Positions 8,601 to 18,141 of a stretch of DNA of 64,000 bases are shown here, in pieces. The position numbers and the translations under genes were made by a program. Below the pieces are notes generated by a model. It was not told where the DNA came from. It searched no databases and worked only from the letters and a program-made list of their open reading frames with translations. Where the stretch lies: positions 32,001-96,000 of the IMG/VR virus record IMGVR_UViG_3300008262_000018. The stretch is one strand, 5' to 3'. The stretch comes from a virus. Numbering within the stretch: position 1 is the stretch's first letter; every line of letters begins with the position of its first letter.

Positions 8601-10338
8601 AGATAATCCTGGTATTCAGTTTGACAAGGGTAATTTGTTTTATGTTAAGACAGGGTACTTTTATCTTTTTAATTCAGGAGTGAGAGACTTTTTTGTAGAA
8701 TCAGAAGTTAATGTGGCGCTTAGAGATTGGGAAGATGAGTTTGGGAAAAGACATTATGATCCTTACGAGTATACAGATCTTCAAACAATGTTTAGAAGTG
8801 ATCTAATAAAGAATGGTAATTTTTATAAATATGACTATTCATTAAGTGTTTCTAAACTTCCTGGAAGTTCTACAACATGGGGTAAACTATTTGATAGATT
8901 TTACGATCCTCAAGATGCTTCATCATGTTTTACTTATACACCTAATAGAATCATATATTCATCAGCGTCTGATATAGATGCACCCACTGTAACAAGAAGT
9001 GTTCAAGATAACTGGAGAATATTTTTACCAAATAACACAAAGGATTTTGAAACTAATGTTATTTCTATAAAACCTATTAATAAAACAGGTGCTTTGTTTT
9101 TAATGGAAAAGCAAAGTCCATTTTCATTTTCAGGTCAAGAGCAGTTTAAAACAGATCAGGTTAATACAATAATAACTATTGGTACAGGAGATCTATTTAA
9201 AAGTTCTCTTCAAAATATTATAAGATCTGAAGATTATTTTCAATATGGTTCTTGTCAAAATAGATATTCTGTTCTAAACACGTTACACGGTGTATTTTGG
9301 GTGAGTCAAGAGCAAGGTAAAATATTTTTGTTTAGTAGTGGAATAAAAGAAATTACAAGAGATACAGGTTTAAAGATGTGGTTTTCTAGAAACCTCCCCT
9401 CTAATCTTTTAAAACAATTTCCAAATTATATACATAAAGATAACCCTGTAAAAGGTGTAGGTGTATTAACGTCATATGATAATACGTATGAAATCTTTTA
9501 TGTAACTAAAAAAGATTATAAACTAATAGATCCTAATCGAGGTATTTATTTTTATGATGAGGTTCAAGATGAGTTTTATTTTAATGGTAGTAAAATACTA
9601 TTAACAGATACAACACATTTTGTAAAAGCTGATTGGACTATTAGTTATGATCCAAAAAGTCAACATTGGATAAGTTTTCACGATTGGCATCCAACATTTA
9701 ATGTATCAAGTAAGAACCACTTTTTAACTGTTAATAATAACTCTGTTTGGAAACATAATGTAAGATGTGATAGTTATGGTAATTTTTATGGCGTTAACTA
9801 TCCTTTTGAAATAGAGTTTGTGTCATCAACTGGTCAAACAGTTAATTCCATGAGGAATATAGAATATGTGTTAGAAGCATATAGATATCATAACGACTGC
9901 TATGATAAGTTTCATGTTCTTGATGAAAACTTTGATCAAGCAATTATTTATAATTCAGAACAAATATCAGGTGTTTTAAATTTATTTTTAAAAGATAAAA
10001 CAAATCCTTTAGATGTAATAAAGCAACCTGTAATAAATGCTAATTCAATTGACATATTATTTTCAAAAGAAGAAAATAAATATAGATTTAATCAGTTTTG
10101 GGATATAACAAAAGATAGAGGTGAATTTAATAACGTTAATATTCCAATGTTTGTTACAAATGCAAATGGATATGAATATAATATTAATCCAGCATATGTA
10201 AACTATAATAAACCTGTGCTACAACGTAAAAAGTTCAGACATCATGTTAATAGAGTTTTCTTAAGAAGAAATGTGAGTGGTAGTAATAATATGTTATTTA
10301 AGTTATCTAACCAAAAACTACTAAACAGTCCACGATGA
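5659..10338 (+). CDS. Tail stabilisation / muzzle protein (crAss-like Tstab)
   Basis: 1559 aa, beta-rich; GYMRDEQYAF, IRHHKMPD and WTISY...WISFHDW motifs; position after the ring genes. Confidence 0.75.
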   Translation: MAEETNQSQNAGTSKTNTFQKGMVKDYNETFVGEGLYTHARNAINNTHHGQIGVLGNEPSNLSCYNFPYTVIGAVHMYDDTWAIFTTNDVDSEIGLFDDSQCSYETIVNNKCLNFKKSNLITGAYKERYDCERVIYWDDGLNPTRFLNIDDIPWNENCVVQNDCRICTPIIGDLDCDQLRIAPFVTTPCIQVEKGKIAGTLPNGSYQVCIAYTINQVRITDYIGLSEVQPLFNHLGNSSSLEVKINTIDKDNFDEFELVVYATINLGTYAKRIGYYSTSQGTIYIDRWDPEFVTVPIELIPMRTEPVERTDAMFQLNNYLVRTGPRSKYKFNYQPQANNIISKWVAVQYPEDYYRKGGNNAGYMRDEQYAFFIRFIYNTGDRSESFHIPGRATFVGDRTIVTGDDIYETIPVEKWKAYNTGTVIPSAPIPQLPDGGIPLAQGYMGYWEAESEFYPDDKPDIWGNLCGKKIRHHKMPDETVDPILSTFRPGGKSIVLLGVRFENITPPLDENGNPITSIVAYEILRGSREGNKTILAKGIINNMFEYPIPGNNLVKGLFQNYPYNDLRADSYLTTKRQTSNTGDPFPASTVNNTTAPKLNTVKRDIFSFHGPDVVFSNPFLSANELKLYSEFNGKQLGIFAVPFRHPRFKVISNAPAIVADLIALADTISSAANIVATIVGTQGSTSSNTLSFSGTEGLPLIFQYGPLKRPPAPPSEDSVTSGGVNRALNYALWALELVGWATQTLALIKLELAMQSAKAEKLLDVLKYIIPNVQYARQYRSHGLYDNFKSLQTNNTRRSLVEANYIFPQIQQFTLDYQVNNINRSQYVCLQLDKVLADPLTQDTSKFLLSDVGCDDGSDHERPISSYYGALKIPIPNQYGQLWTIKQLPINSNCLTQIKPSFTSVTSPILFGGDVYITRFTEKNTMFFFDNWLVGEPDEALIDYTYYTNIPWPRHWINTEPQKLVSLTNTPAVYRSLDCNQDNPGIQFDKGNLFYVKTGYFYLFNSGVRDFFVESEVNVALRDWEDEFGKRHYDPYEYTDLQTMFRSDLIKNGNFYKYDYSLSVSKLPGSSTTWGKLFDRFYDPQDASSCFTYTPNRIIYSSASDIDAPTVTRSVQDNWRIFLPNNTKDFETNVISIKPINKTGALFLMEKQSPFSFSGQEQFKTDQVNTIITIGTGDLFKSSLQNIIRSEDYFQYGSCQNRYSVLNTLHGVFWVSQEQGKIFLFSSGIKEITRDTGLKMWFSRNLPSNLLKQFPNYIHKDNPVKGVGVLTSYDNTYEIFYVTKKDYKLIDPNRGIYFYDEVQDEFYFNGSKILLTDTTHFVKADWTISYDPKSQHWISFHDWHPTFNVSSKNHFLTVNNNSVWKHNVRCDSYGNFYGVNYPFEIEFVSSTGQTVNSMRNIEYVLEAYRYHNDCYDKFHVLDENFDQAIIYNSEQISGVLNLFLKDKTNPLDVIKQPVINANSIDILFSKEENKYRFNQFWDITKDRGEFNNVNIPMFVTNANGYEYNINPAYVNYNKPVLQRKKFRHHVNRVFLRRNVSGSNNMLFKLSNQKLLNSPR

Positions 10339-13300
10339 GTTATAATAAAAAAATGTTTAGAGAAATGGTGGAAGAATCTAAAAAGAAAAAAGTTCTTCCA
10401 AAACCTAAAGATAGGATAGTAGATCCTATGGGTCAATGGGCTCATCCAGGACAAGTGACACGTATTCCTTCTAATAGAATAACAATGCAGGGTGTTCCCT
10501 ATCCTGTATTAGGTGTAGGTAATAATGGTCAACAACAAATGATGTATCCAGGACAAGAATATAGTTTTCCTGGTTCACAATATGTAGATGAATATCCTTT
10601 GATGCAAGCTCAAAATGGAGCTATTATAGATCCTGGAGATGATGAATTAGCTTTTCAAAGGTTTTTTAAAACTCTTCCTTTTAATTTAAGAGTTGATAAT
10701 CCTAGTTATAATATTAGAGGATATTGGAATGCTTTAGGTAGACCAGAAAAATTTGACTACAGTCAACCAAAAGAGGATGATGGAATGTACCATGCATTTA
10801 GTAGAAATCCAAACACTGGTGAAATATTAAAAAGACCTCAACATCCAACATTTAAAATGGCTATTGAGGGAGATAGAGCTGCTGGATATTATCCAATAGT
10901 AACACCTGATGGGAAAATAAAAACAGTATCTGGAAGAGATTTTAAACCTGGTCAATCTATATATTTTAATGGAGGAGATATATCTATACCTAATTTAAAA
11001 AAAGAAGGTTGGTTAAACAAATATGATAATGGTGGACAACTTGAAAAATTTAAACCAGGTGGATTTTTTACAGTACCTACCACTACTAAATTTGATTGGA
11101 GTACTGTACAACGACTTCCAACTAAAGAAGAAAGAGACGAATATTATGCAGAGCAAGGAAGAAATAAACAAAATAAAACAGCAAGAGGACAAATAATTAA
11201 TAAAACTAAAACTACTACTCAAAATAATACTTCCACTACTGCTCAAAATAAAACAAATCAAAATAGTTCTGGAGTTTCTTCTGAAGCAAATCCTAATTAT
11301 AATTGGAATATGACTAGTATTGTTCCTGAATGGACGACAAATACACAATTTCCTACTAGTAATAAAATTCCTATAAATATTAACTATGAAGATATTGTTC
11401 GCAGAGGAGATTTAGAAACACAAACTGGTACAGGTAGACAAGTTCTTTTAAATAAAGCTATTGCTTCACAAAACATTGCTAATCAAAAATTTGAAAAAGG
11501 TGTAGCTGCATTAATGAGTTCTGGTATGTCAGAAGAAAGTGCAATTAGAACATATCAAGAGTATATTAGAAATCCAAAACTTCTTCCAGGAATAGGTTGG
11601 CAGATTGATGATATTGAAAATAGAAACTATAGGATAAGCATGCATCCTGATTATGATCCTAATAAATCTTTTGACCAACAAAAATATTTAGCTACAGATG
11701 GATCACTAAGAGCAAGACTATTAAGAGGTTCTAATATGTTAAATAGTAGTGGAGATCCTGTTTTAAATTTTTTAACTGGTGCTATAACAGCACCAGGAAG
11801 AGCTTTTGCAAATCTTACAACAAATGCTAACCAACGATATTTAAATTCAGATAATTCAATTTTAGAAAATGTTACAAATTTAGGTCTTGATCTTCTTGAT
11901 GTTACTGGAGCAGGTATATTTACTCCTAAAAATGCAGCAAAATTGGTTGGAAATAAAGGTTATACTACGGCTCTTAATCTTTATGGTGATAATATTCCAA
12001 GATTTTCAACAAGTGGTACAACAAATATAGGAAGTTCTTCAGCTCTAAATTTATCTAGAAATTTAGATAATACTGGAGTTGGAGCACGTACTCAAAATAC
12101 TGGAGTAGCTACTCAAAATATTTTTAATAACTCATCAGATGCGATAAATACTGGAGTAGTTTCTCCAAAAGTAAATTTAGCAACATCAGGTAATAAAACA
12201 AGAGCACAAATTCAAGCTGAGAATCTTAGACGTATGGCAGCAGAAGGGGAGGCAGCTAGAAATGCTGCGGTTAATCAAGCTAAAACAACATCACTTGTAT
12301 CTAGAGAAGATGTGGCAAGAAATGTTCTAAAAGATGATCCAATATTTGGTGGCACTGAAGGTGGATGGGGGCGTACTGGTAGTGGTAATAAATCTTTGTC
12401 TTATGATGATATGGTTGATCGTCTTCATGCTGAATATGCTCAAAATGACGTATTAGCATTAGGTAACTATCCTGTTTATTTTCATGGAACAACATCAGGA
12501 TCTCTACCTGGAATTGTAAAAAATCAAGGATTAATACCAACTGGAAAACTTATTAGCCAAGGAGATATTCCTTTAACAGGTGAATTAAGTTTTGGAAGCT
12601 TACCTGGAATAGGAATGAATAATGAAAATCTTTCTGCAGCTTTTATAGGAGACATTAATAGTTCTCTAAATTATGCAGGTGGAAAAAATTTTATTAACCC
12701 TATACAACGACTTGAAACATGGAATACAGTAGATAGACCAGAAGTGATTTCATGGATGCCTGAAAACCAAATTAAATTTTATGATGAATTACTTACAAAT
12801 CAGGCAAATAAATGGCAAACACTTTCTCAAGAAGAAAAACTATTAGCTGAAGAAAACTTTCCTATTTTGTTTGGTATAAGACCAAAAGGAGCAGATAGAT
12901 TTAGTACAATTAGAACATCTATAGACGGAGAAGTTGGTATAAAGGGAGGTGTAGGTTTTAATGAAATTCCTAGTGTATATGTTCCAAAAAGTAAAATAGA
13001 ATATGTTTCTCAATATTTTGGTAATCCAGATAGAATGAATATATTACCAATAGATGAGTTATTGTTAAAGCACAATCAAGGTACAATGCCTAGTTGGTGG
13101 AAGTGGAAAAAAGGTGGAACAATTGGACAATATAAAAAAGGTGGTTGGTTGAATAAATATGATGATAGTAGATTTACTACAGTGTCTACTACTACTTTTT
13201 CACCTGAACAAAAAAATAATCTTGTTACTAATTTAAACTATTGGAAAAATGTTAGCAATAACATGGGAAATCAAAATGCAGGTGAAAAACCTAACAATCC

Positions 13301-16300
13301 AAAAGGAAAAGACAGAGGTGTTTATTTAGGGGATGATAATAGATGGCATTGGAAAAATTGGTGGAATGGTAAAGAATACACATATTATAATCAACCTACA
13401 ATGCCAGGATCTAAAGGTCAAGGATGGGATGAAGATATTATTATAAAAGGACGTGCAAAACCAAAAGAAGAACCTAACATTGACGATTATTATATTCGTG
13501 ATGCTAATGGTAGCATTATAGGTTTTGATAATGAAGGATGGCAAAGAGATAAATATAATAGAGATGTTACTACAATAAATGCAAATGATCTAATTACACA
13601 ACGTTCTCCTATTGAATTAACACAATCTTTGAATCAATCAAAATATAATAGTCAAGTAACAGGATTAGATAATGAAGAAATAAGACAAGCAAAAGAACAA
13701 GAAAGATTAGCATATTTACAACAAAAAGAAGAGGAAGAACGTAATAAACAAGTAATAGATATTAGGAACGATTGGGTATGGATGAATGAAGAAGAAAGAA
13801 ATGCAGAAAGAAATGCTGCTAGTTTTAGAGGTGATAATACATCACTATCTCAAAATTTTCCAGTATATAATCCTATTACTAAAAAATATGAACAAGCTCC
13901 AAGAAGTGATGCCAAATTTTCTAAATTGTGGTCTAAAGATTATTTAAGAGAGAAACCACGCGATATGACCTGGGTAGATTGGGCTCTTCTAGCAGCTCCT
14001 GCTGCTGTTATTGGAGCTGCTACTGCTCCTGCTTGGGTACCTGCTGTAGGTACTGCTCTTACTGCACCATTTACAATAGGTTCTACAACAGTTCCATGGT
14101 TAACAGCAGGTAATGTTCTTAGTGCGTATGGTGCTACTAATAGTTTAATGAATTTAGGAAATCCATCATCTAACTTATATAGATCAATTGGAGAAGCTTA
14201 TAGAAATCCAAATGTTAATACTATAATAAATGCCACTGGAAATGCTCTTGAAACAGGATTAGGTTTTTATGGATTTCCTGCTAAAGCAGGTGCAATATCA
14301 TTAGTTGATGATCTTTCAAGAACAGGTAGATATTTAACAACTCCTTTAAGAAATACAAAAGCATCTAAAACTATTTCACAACTTTCACAAAAAAATTATG
14401 TAGATAAACAAGGACTACCAGTTGTAACTTTTGATGATATAGACGCTCTTATTGAAAAACAAATTAATTGGTTAGATAGTGATGAATATGCTATAAGAAG
14501 AATGGCATCTACTGGAGAATCTTTAAATGAAATTAGAAAAAGTACAGATAAATGGATAAATCAAATAAGAAAAAATAAAAAAGATGTTTTTCGAGTTAAT
14601 CCAAATCTTGAGTCTCAAGGAGAATATAATCTTATACCAGATTATCGTAATTTTATTACTACTTTAATGGGAAAAAGAAAACCTCGCATCATGTATCGTC
14701 CACAAGACAGATCTAATATGTTAAATATTCTTGATCATGAAGTTTTACATGCATTTTCTCCAGCTCTTAAAAATGATAAATTATATAAAAATTATCCAAC
14801 ATTAGATGTTCTACAACCTACTAAACGTACCTTTTTTGAAAAGTTATTTAACAAAAAGCCTTATACTAAAGAGGAACAACACTTGCTTTATCTAGCAGAT
14901 AAACCAGAACAACAAGTAAGAGGAGTTAGATTATATCAAAAAATTATTGATGATTTAGATATTCCAGAATATAGACCAATAACACAAAAAGAATTTGATG
15001 ATTGGATAGATAACTATTTTAATAAAAATGCAAATAAATATTGGGATGAAGGTCTTGGTGATGTAGTTGAGTTATTAGGTTCTGCTAAGCGTGAAGCAGA
15101 TATTAAAAAGACATTAGGTACTGATAAAGGAGTTTTATTTCGAAAATCTGTTTTAGACTTTCTTAATAAAGTATGGGCAATTCCTGCAGCTATTACTATT
15201 GGTTCTGAAACTTTAAAAGAAAAAAAACAAGGTGGAGAAATTAATTGGTTAACTAAGTATGATGATGGAGGATTTGCAACTACAGGTCTAAGTACATATC
15301 CTTCATATATTACAAATAATGTAAATGTTGCAGAAAGTACAAGACCTTCAAATTATAAAAAATTTGAAATAATAGAAAAACAAGAACAATCTGCTTTAAA
15401 TAATAATGTAAAATTTGTTAAAATTAAAACTAATAATGGAAGTTATATTAATTTAAGAACAGATAGTAAAGAATACAATGATTTAATAAAAAATAATGCT
15501 ATTGATCCTTATTCGTTTAATAAAGCAGATGGTTCGTTTAGTTTAAGACCACAAAAACAACAAAAACAAGAACCATCTGCTTTATTAGGCGAAGTAGGAT
15601 CAATAGCTAAAGAAAATCTTAAAAAAGTATATAATAAACTTGAAGAAACAGCAGAAGATTTGTGGAATTCTTATTCAAAAGCGATGAATCAAGCTCCATT
15701 AGATGCTAAAGGTATTAATCTTGGATCTGGATTTGGGGGCATAGAAAGTAAAGGAGTAGCAGCAAAAATAGCAGAGGCAACTAGAGGTTATGTTAGTGGG
15801 GTTATTCGTAAACTTGATCAAATGAAAGAAGAAGACAAAAAAGCAAAAGTAGTAGAAAAGAAAACACCTATGGTAAAAAATTCTCAAAGAAATATATTAC
15901 CACAAGGTTATACAGAGCTAGCTACTGTACCAGATGTTTATTCTTCAAATCCTACAGATAGTTTAGTTTCTTTTATTAATGTTTTTGATAATGATGAAGG
16001 AATTGATTATATTGTAGGTAATAAAATAAAAGAAATTACAGATGGAAAAAATGTACTATCAAGATATGGTAATACACGAGCAGTAGCTCATTTTTTAAGA
16101 GATGCTGATATACTACCTAATCAACAATTTGCACCAATGGAATGGCCTACTATAAAAGGGTATACATTCCGTAGCACATCCCCAGGTAAAGCTATTTCAG
16201 CTACAGGTTTTGATGATCCCGAAAGATATAGAATGCTTTATCAAAAAACTGGTGATGGAAATAGATATCGTATAAAGTATGTTAAAAATAAAGATTTAAC

Positions 16301-16811
16301 AGAGGAACAAATAAAAAATTATGAAACAGATTTTACTGTAAGTGGTTATCATAATTTTTCTGATATTGATTGGGACGGTAAAGGTAAAAGTACAGGATAT
16401 TTATCAAAAAGCAATTGGGTTCCATTAAAAGGAAATAAAGGACATACATACATTCCTTATAAAGATAAAGGATCGTTTTCAAGATTTTCAGGAGGATCGA
16501 TAACATATTTATTTAAAGATCCTATAACAAATAAAAATGTTGGTGTAGATGTTACTGGTTCTGTTAACACCATGAAAAAAATTGGAGAAGATATTATAAA
16601 AATGTATGGTATAAAACCTGAAGATCTTAAAATAATATATCATGATATGGGATCATATTCTGCTAAACCAAAATCAAAAAAAGGTATATTAGATTACAAA
16701 CAATGGATTGACTATAATAGATATAATATGGGTTTTTCTGGAGCTCCTCTTATGGTACCTGAGAAAAAAATAGGTGGAGAAACAAAAAATTGGCTAAATA
16801 AATACAAATAA
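10335..16811 (+). CDS. Large modular internal virion (cargo) polyprotein with ART-like and zincin modules
   Basis: 2158 aa; four copies of a WL[NT]KY/GG linker; VYFHGT domain; HEVLH zincin; hydrophobic helices. Confidence 0.7.
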   Translation: MSYNKKMFREMVEESKKKKVLPKPKDRIVDPMGQWAHPGQVTRIPSNRITMQGVPYPVLGVGNNGQQQMMYPGQEYSFPGSQYVDEYPLMQAQNGAIIDPGDDELAFQRFFKTLPFNLRVDNPSYNIRGYWNALGRPEKFDYSQPKEDDGMYHAFSRNPNTGEILKRPQHPTFKMAIEGDRAAGYYPIVTPDGKIKTVSGRDFKPGQSIYFNGGDISIPNLKKEGWLNKYDNGGQLEKFKPGGFFTVPTTTKFDWSTVQRLPTKEERDEYYAEQGRNKQNKTARGQIINKTKTTTQNNTSTTAQNKTNQNSSGVSSEANPNYNWNMTSIVPEWTTNTQFPTSNKIPININYEDIVRRGDLETQTGTGRQVLLNKAIASQNIANQKFEKGVAALMSSGMSEESAIRTYQEYIRNPKLLPGIGWQIDDIENRNYRISMHPDYDPNKSFDQQKYLATDGSLRARLLRGSNMLNSSGDPVLNFLTGAITAPGRAFANLTTNANQRYLNSDNSILENVTNLGLDLLDVTGAGIFTPKNAAKLVGNKGYTTALNLYGDNIPRFSTSGTTNIGSSSALNLSRNLDNTGVGARTQNTGVATQNIFNNSSDAINTGVVSPKVNLATSGNKTRAQIQAENLRRMAAEGEAARNAAVNQAKTTSLVSREDVARNVLKDDPIFGGTEGGWGRTGSGNKSLSYDDMVDRLHAEYAQNDVLALGNYPVYFHGTTSGSLPGIVKNQGLIPTGKLISQGDIPLTGELSFGSLPGIGMNNENLSAAFIGDINSSLNYAGGKNFINPIQRLETWNTVDRPEVISWMPENQIKFYDELLTNQANKWQTLSQEEKLLAEENFPILFGIRPKGADRFSTIRTSIDGEVGIKGGVGFNEIPSVYVPKSKIEYVSQYFGNPDRMNILPIDELLLKHNQGTMPSWWKWKKGGTIGQYKKGGWLNKYDDSRFTTVSTTTFSPEQKNNLVTNLNYWKNVSNNMGNQNAGEKPNNPKGKDRGVYLGDDNRWHWKNWWNGKEYTYYNQPTMPGSKGQGWDEDIIIKGRAKPKEEPNIDDYYIRDANGSIIGFDNEGWQRDKYNRDVTTINANDLITQRSPIELTQSLNQSKYNSQVTGLDNEEIRQAKEQERLAYLQQKEEEERNKQVIDIRNDWVWMNEEERNAERNAASFRGDNTSLSQNFPVYNPITKKYEQAPRSDAKFSKLWSKDYLREKPRDMTWVDWALLAAPAAVIGAATAPAWVPAVGTALTAPFTIGSTTVPWLTAGNVLSAYGATNSLMNLGNPSSNLYRSIGEAYRNPNVNTIINATGNALETGLGFYGFPAKAGAISLVDDLSRTGRYLTTPLRNTKASKTISQLSQKNYVDKQGLPVVTFDDIDALIEKQINWLDSDEYAIRRMASTGESLNEIRKSTDKWINQIRKNKKDVFRVNPNLESQGEYNLIPDYRNFITTLMGKRKPRIMYRPQDRSNMLNILDHEVLHAFSPALKNDKLYKNYPTLDVLQPTKRTFFEKLFNKKPYTKEEQHLLYLADKPEQQVRGVRLYQKIIDDLDIPEYRPITQKEFDDWIDNYFNKNANKYWDEGLGDVVELLGSAKREADIKKTLGTDKGVLFRKSVLDFLNKVWAIPAAITIGSETLKEKKQGGEINWLTKYDDGGFATTGLSTYPSYITNNVNVAESTRPSNYKKFEIIEKQEQSALNNNVKFVKIKTNNGSYINLRTDSKEYNDLIKNNAIDPYSFNKADGSFSLRPQKQQKQEPSALLGEVGSIAKENLKKVYNKLEETAEDLWNSYSKAMNQAPLDAKGINLGSGFGGIESKGVAAKIAEATRGYVSGVIRKLDQMKEEDKKAKVVEKKTPMVKNSQRNILPQGYTELATVPDVYSSNPTDSLVSFINVFDNDEGIDYIVGNKIKEITDGKNVLSRYGNTRAVAHFLRDADILPNQQFAPMEWPTIKGYTFRSTSPGKAISATGFDDPERYRMLYQKTGDGNRYRIKYVKNKDLTEEQIKNYETDFTVSGYHNFSDIDWDGKGKSTGYLSKSNWVPLKGNKGHTYIPYKDKGSFSRFSGGSITYLFKDPITNKNVGVDVTGSVNTMKKIGEDIIKMYGIKPEDLKIIYHDMGSYSAKPKSKKGILDYKQWIDYNRYNMGFSGAPLMVPEKKIGGETKNWLNKYK
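12069..12157 (+). repeat. Three short direct repeats AATACTGGAGT (NTGV) inside the CDS
   Basis: Copies at 12069, 12096 and 12147. Confidence 0.6.
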
Positions 16812-16812
16812 T

Positions 16813-18141
16813 ATGAAAAAAGAATTTTTAAAAATGGCTGGTGTAGAAAATGAAAAAGATTTCTACAAATTATTTCCAACAGAAGAAACATTCTTTGGTA
16901 TGTATCCTGAAGCTAGAAAACTAGTTCAAAAGAAATATGGAGGTTTAATTAAAGCTAAAGGAGGATTTGGTGTTACAGGTTTAACCACAGCACCATCATT
17001 AAATAGAACTACTGAAATAGATGACCCATCACGTACATCTTCTAATTTTGCTGCAACACCAATAGCTATAAATCCTAATATGGTAAATCCTAATATAGTA
17101 AATCCATTATTTAGAAGATTTTCAGGAAATCTTAAGTTTAATTGGGGTGATCCTAAAAATAGAAATGTTTTTTCCTACGGATTAACAAAAGAAAAAGAAA
17201 ATCCATATTATAGTCATAAAGCAGGCTTAAGTCTTAATAATTTATTTTCTCCAGGTAGAGGTAGTTTTAATTTAACTGGTGGTTATACACCAAAAACTGG
17301 TGAATATAATGCAGGATTTAATTTTGGATTACCAAGTAGAAGAACTATAGCAAAAGACGAACCTAAATCTAATTTCAATGCTGGATTTAATATCATGCGA
17401 AATGATAAAGGTAGAGTGACAAGAACAGCTGAAGTTGATTATAATACAAGATTGGGCAATAAAAAATCTTCTCCAACATTAAGTGTAGGTGTTGATTTAG
17501 GATATAGATATGGTGGTGGATTAATAAAAGCTGTTGGTGGATTTAATGTTACAGATTTAAGTACAAAACCATCAATGAATTGTAGCAAGGGTAGTTGTCA
17601 AATGAATACAGATGACTATAGCTGGATAAAACAGAATCAAAAAATAAAACCCCCACCTCTTATAAGTCCTTGGGAAGCTATAACTTGGAATAAAGGAGAA
17701 TTTGCTGAAGATCAGCATGCTAAAATAAAAAAAGAGTGGGAACAGAATAAAAATTTATATGCTAACAGATATCCTAATTTAACATATGATGAATTTTATG
17801 CAGCTAATGAATTAGAAAGATATAATAGATTAAATCAAGGTCAATATAATAATTACTTTGATGCACAAGGTAATCCTGTTGAAGGAATGGATGCGCGAGT
17901 TTATTCTGCTCAACCTTATATTCCTTGGGCTAGAGCTGCTTTTAATACACCAACTCCTTCTCGTGAAGCAATTTTAGATTATTTTCAAACTCATAAGTTA
18001 AACAAAGATGATATAAAAAACTTTGTTAATGATCGTTATACATTTCCAAAAGAACATATGGTAGCACCTCCTTATTTTAGAATGGGTGGTGGTTTAATGT
18101 TAGGTAAACAAGGAAGTAAAAAAAAAGGGTGGGTCAATTAA
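16813..18141 (+). CDS. Cargo-region protein with duplicated YGG(G)LIKAxGGFxVTxL[TS]TxPS linker and beta-barrel-like module
   Basis: ORF track; internal duplication at about 16933-17000 and 17509-17575. Confidence 0.65.
   Translation: MKKEFLKMAGVENEKDFYKLFPTEETFFGMYPEARKLVQKKYGGLIKAKGGFGVTGLTTAPSLNRTTEIDDPSRTSSNFAATPIAINPNMVNPNIVNPLFRRFSGNLKFNWGDPKNRNVFSYGLTKEKENPYYSHKAGLSLNNLFSPGRGSFNLTGGYTPKTGEYNAGFNFGLPSRRTIAKDEPKSNFNAGFNIMRNDKGRVTRTAEVDYNTRLGNKKSSPTLSVGVDLGYRYGGGLIKAVGGFNVTDLSTKPSMNCSKGSCQMNTDDYSWIKQNQKIKPPPLISPWEAITWNKGEFAEDQHAKIKKEWEQNKNLYANRYPNLTYDEFYAANELERYNRLNQGQYNNYFDAQGNPVEGMDARVYSAQPYIPWARAAFNTPTPSREAILDYFQTHKLNKDDIKNFVNDRYTFPKEHMVAPPYFRMGGGLMLGKQGSKKKGWVN

Noticed and set aside
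15900-16760. Phosphodiester glycosidase (NAGPA-like) call for the last module of ORF 10335
   Set aside because: It rests only on a weak resemblance of HDMGSYS to LDGGGS and cannot be supported without a profile search.
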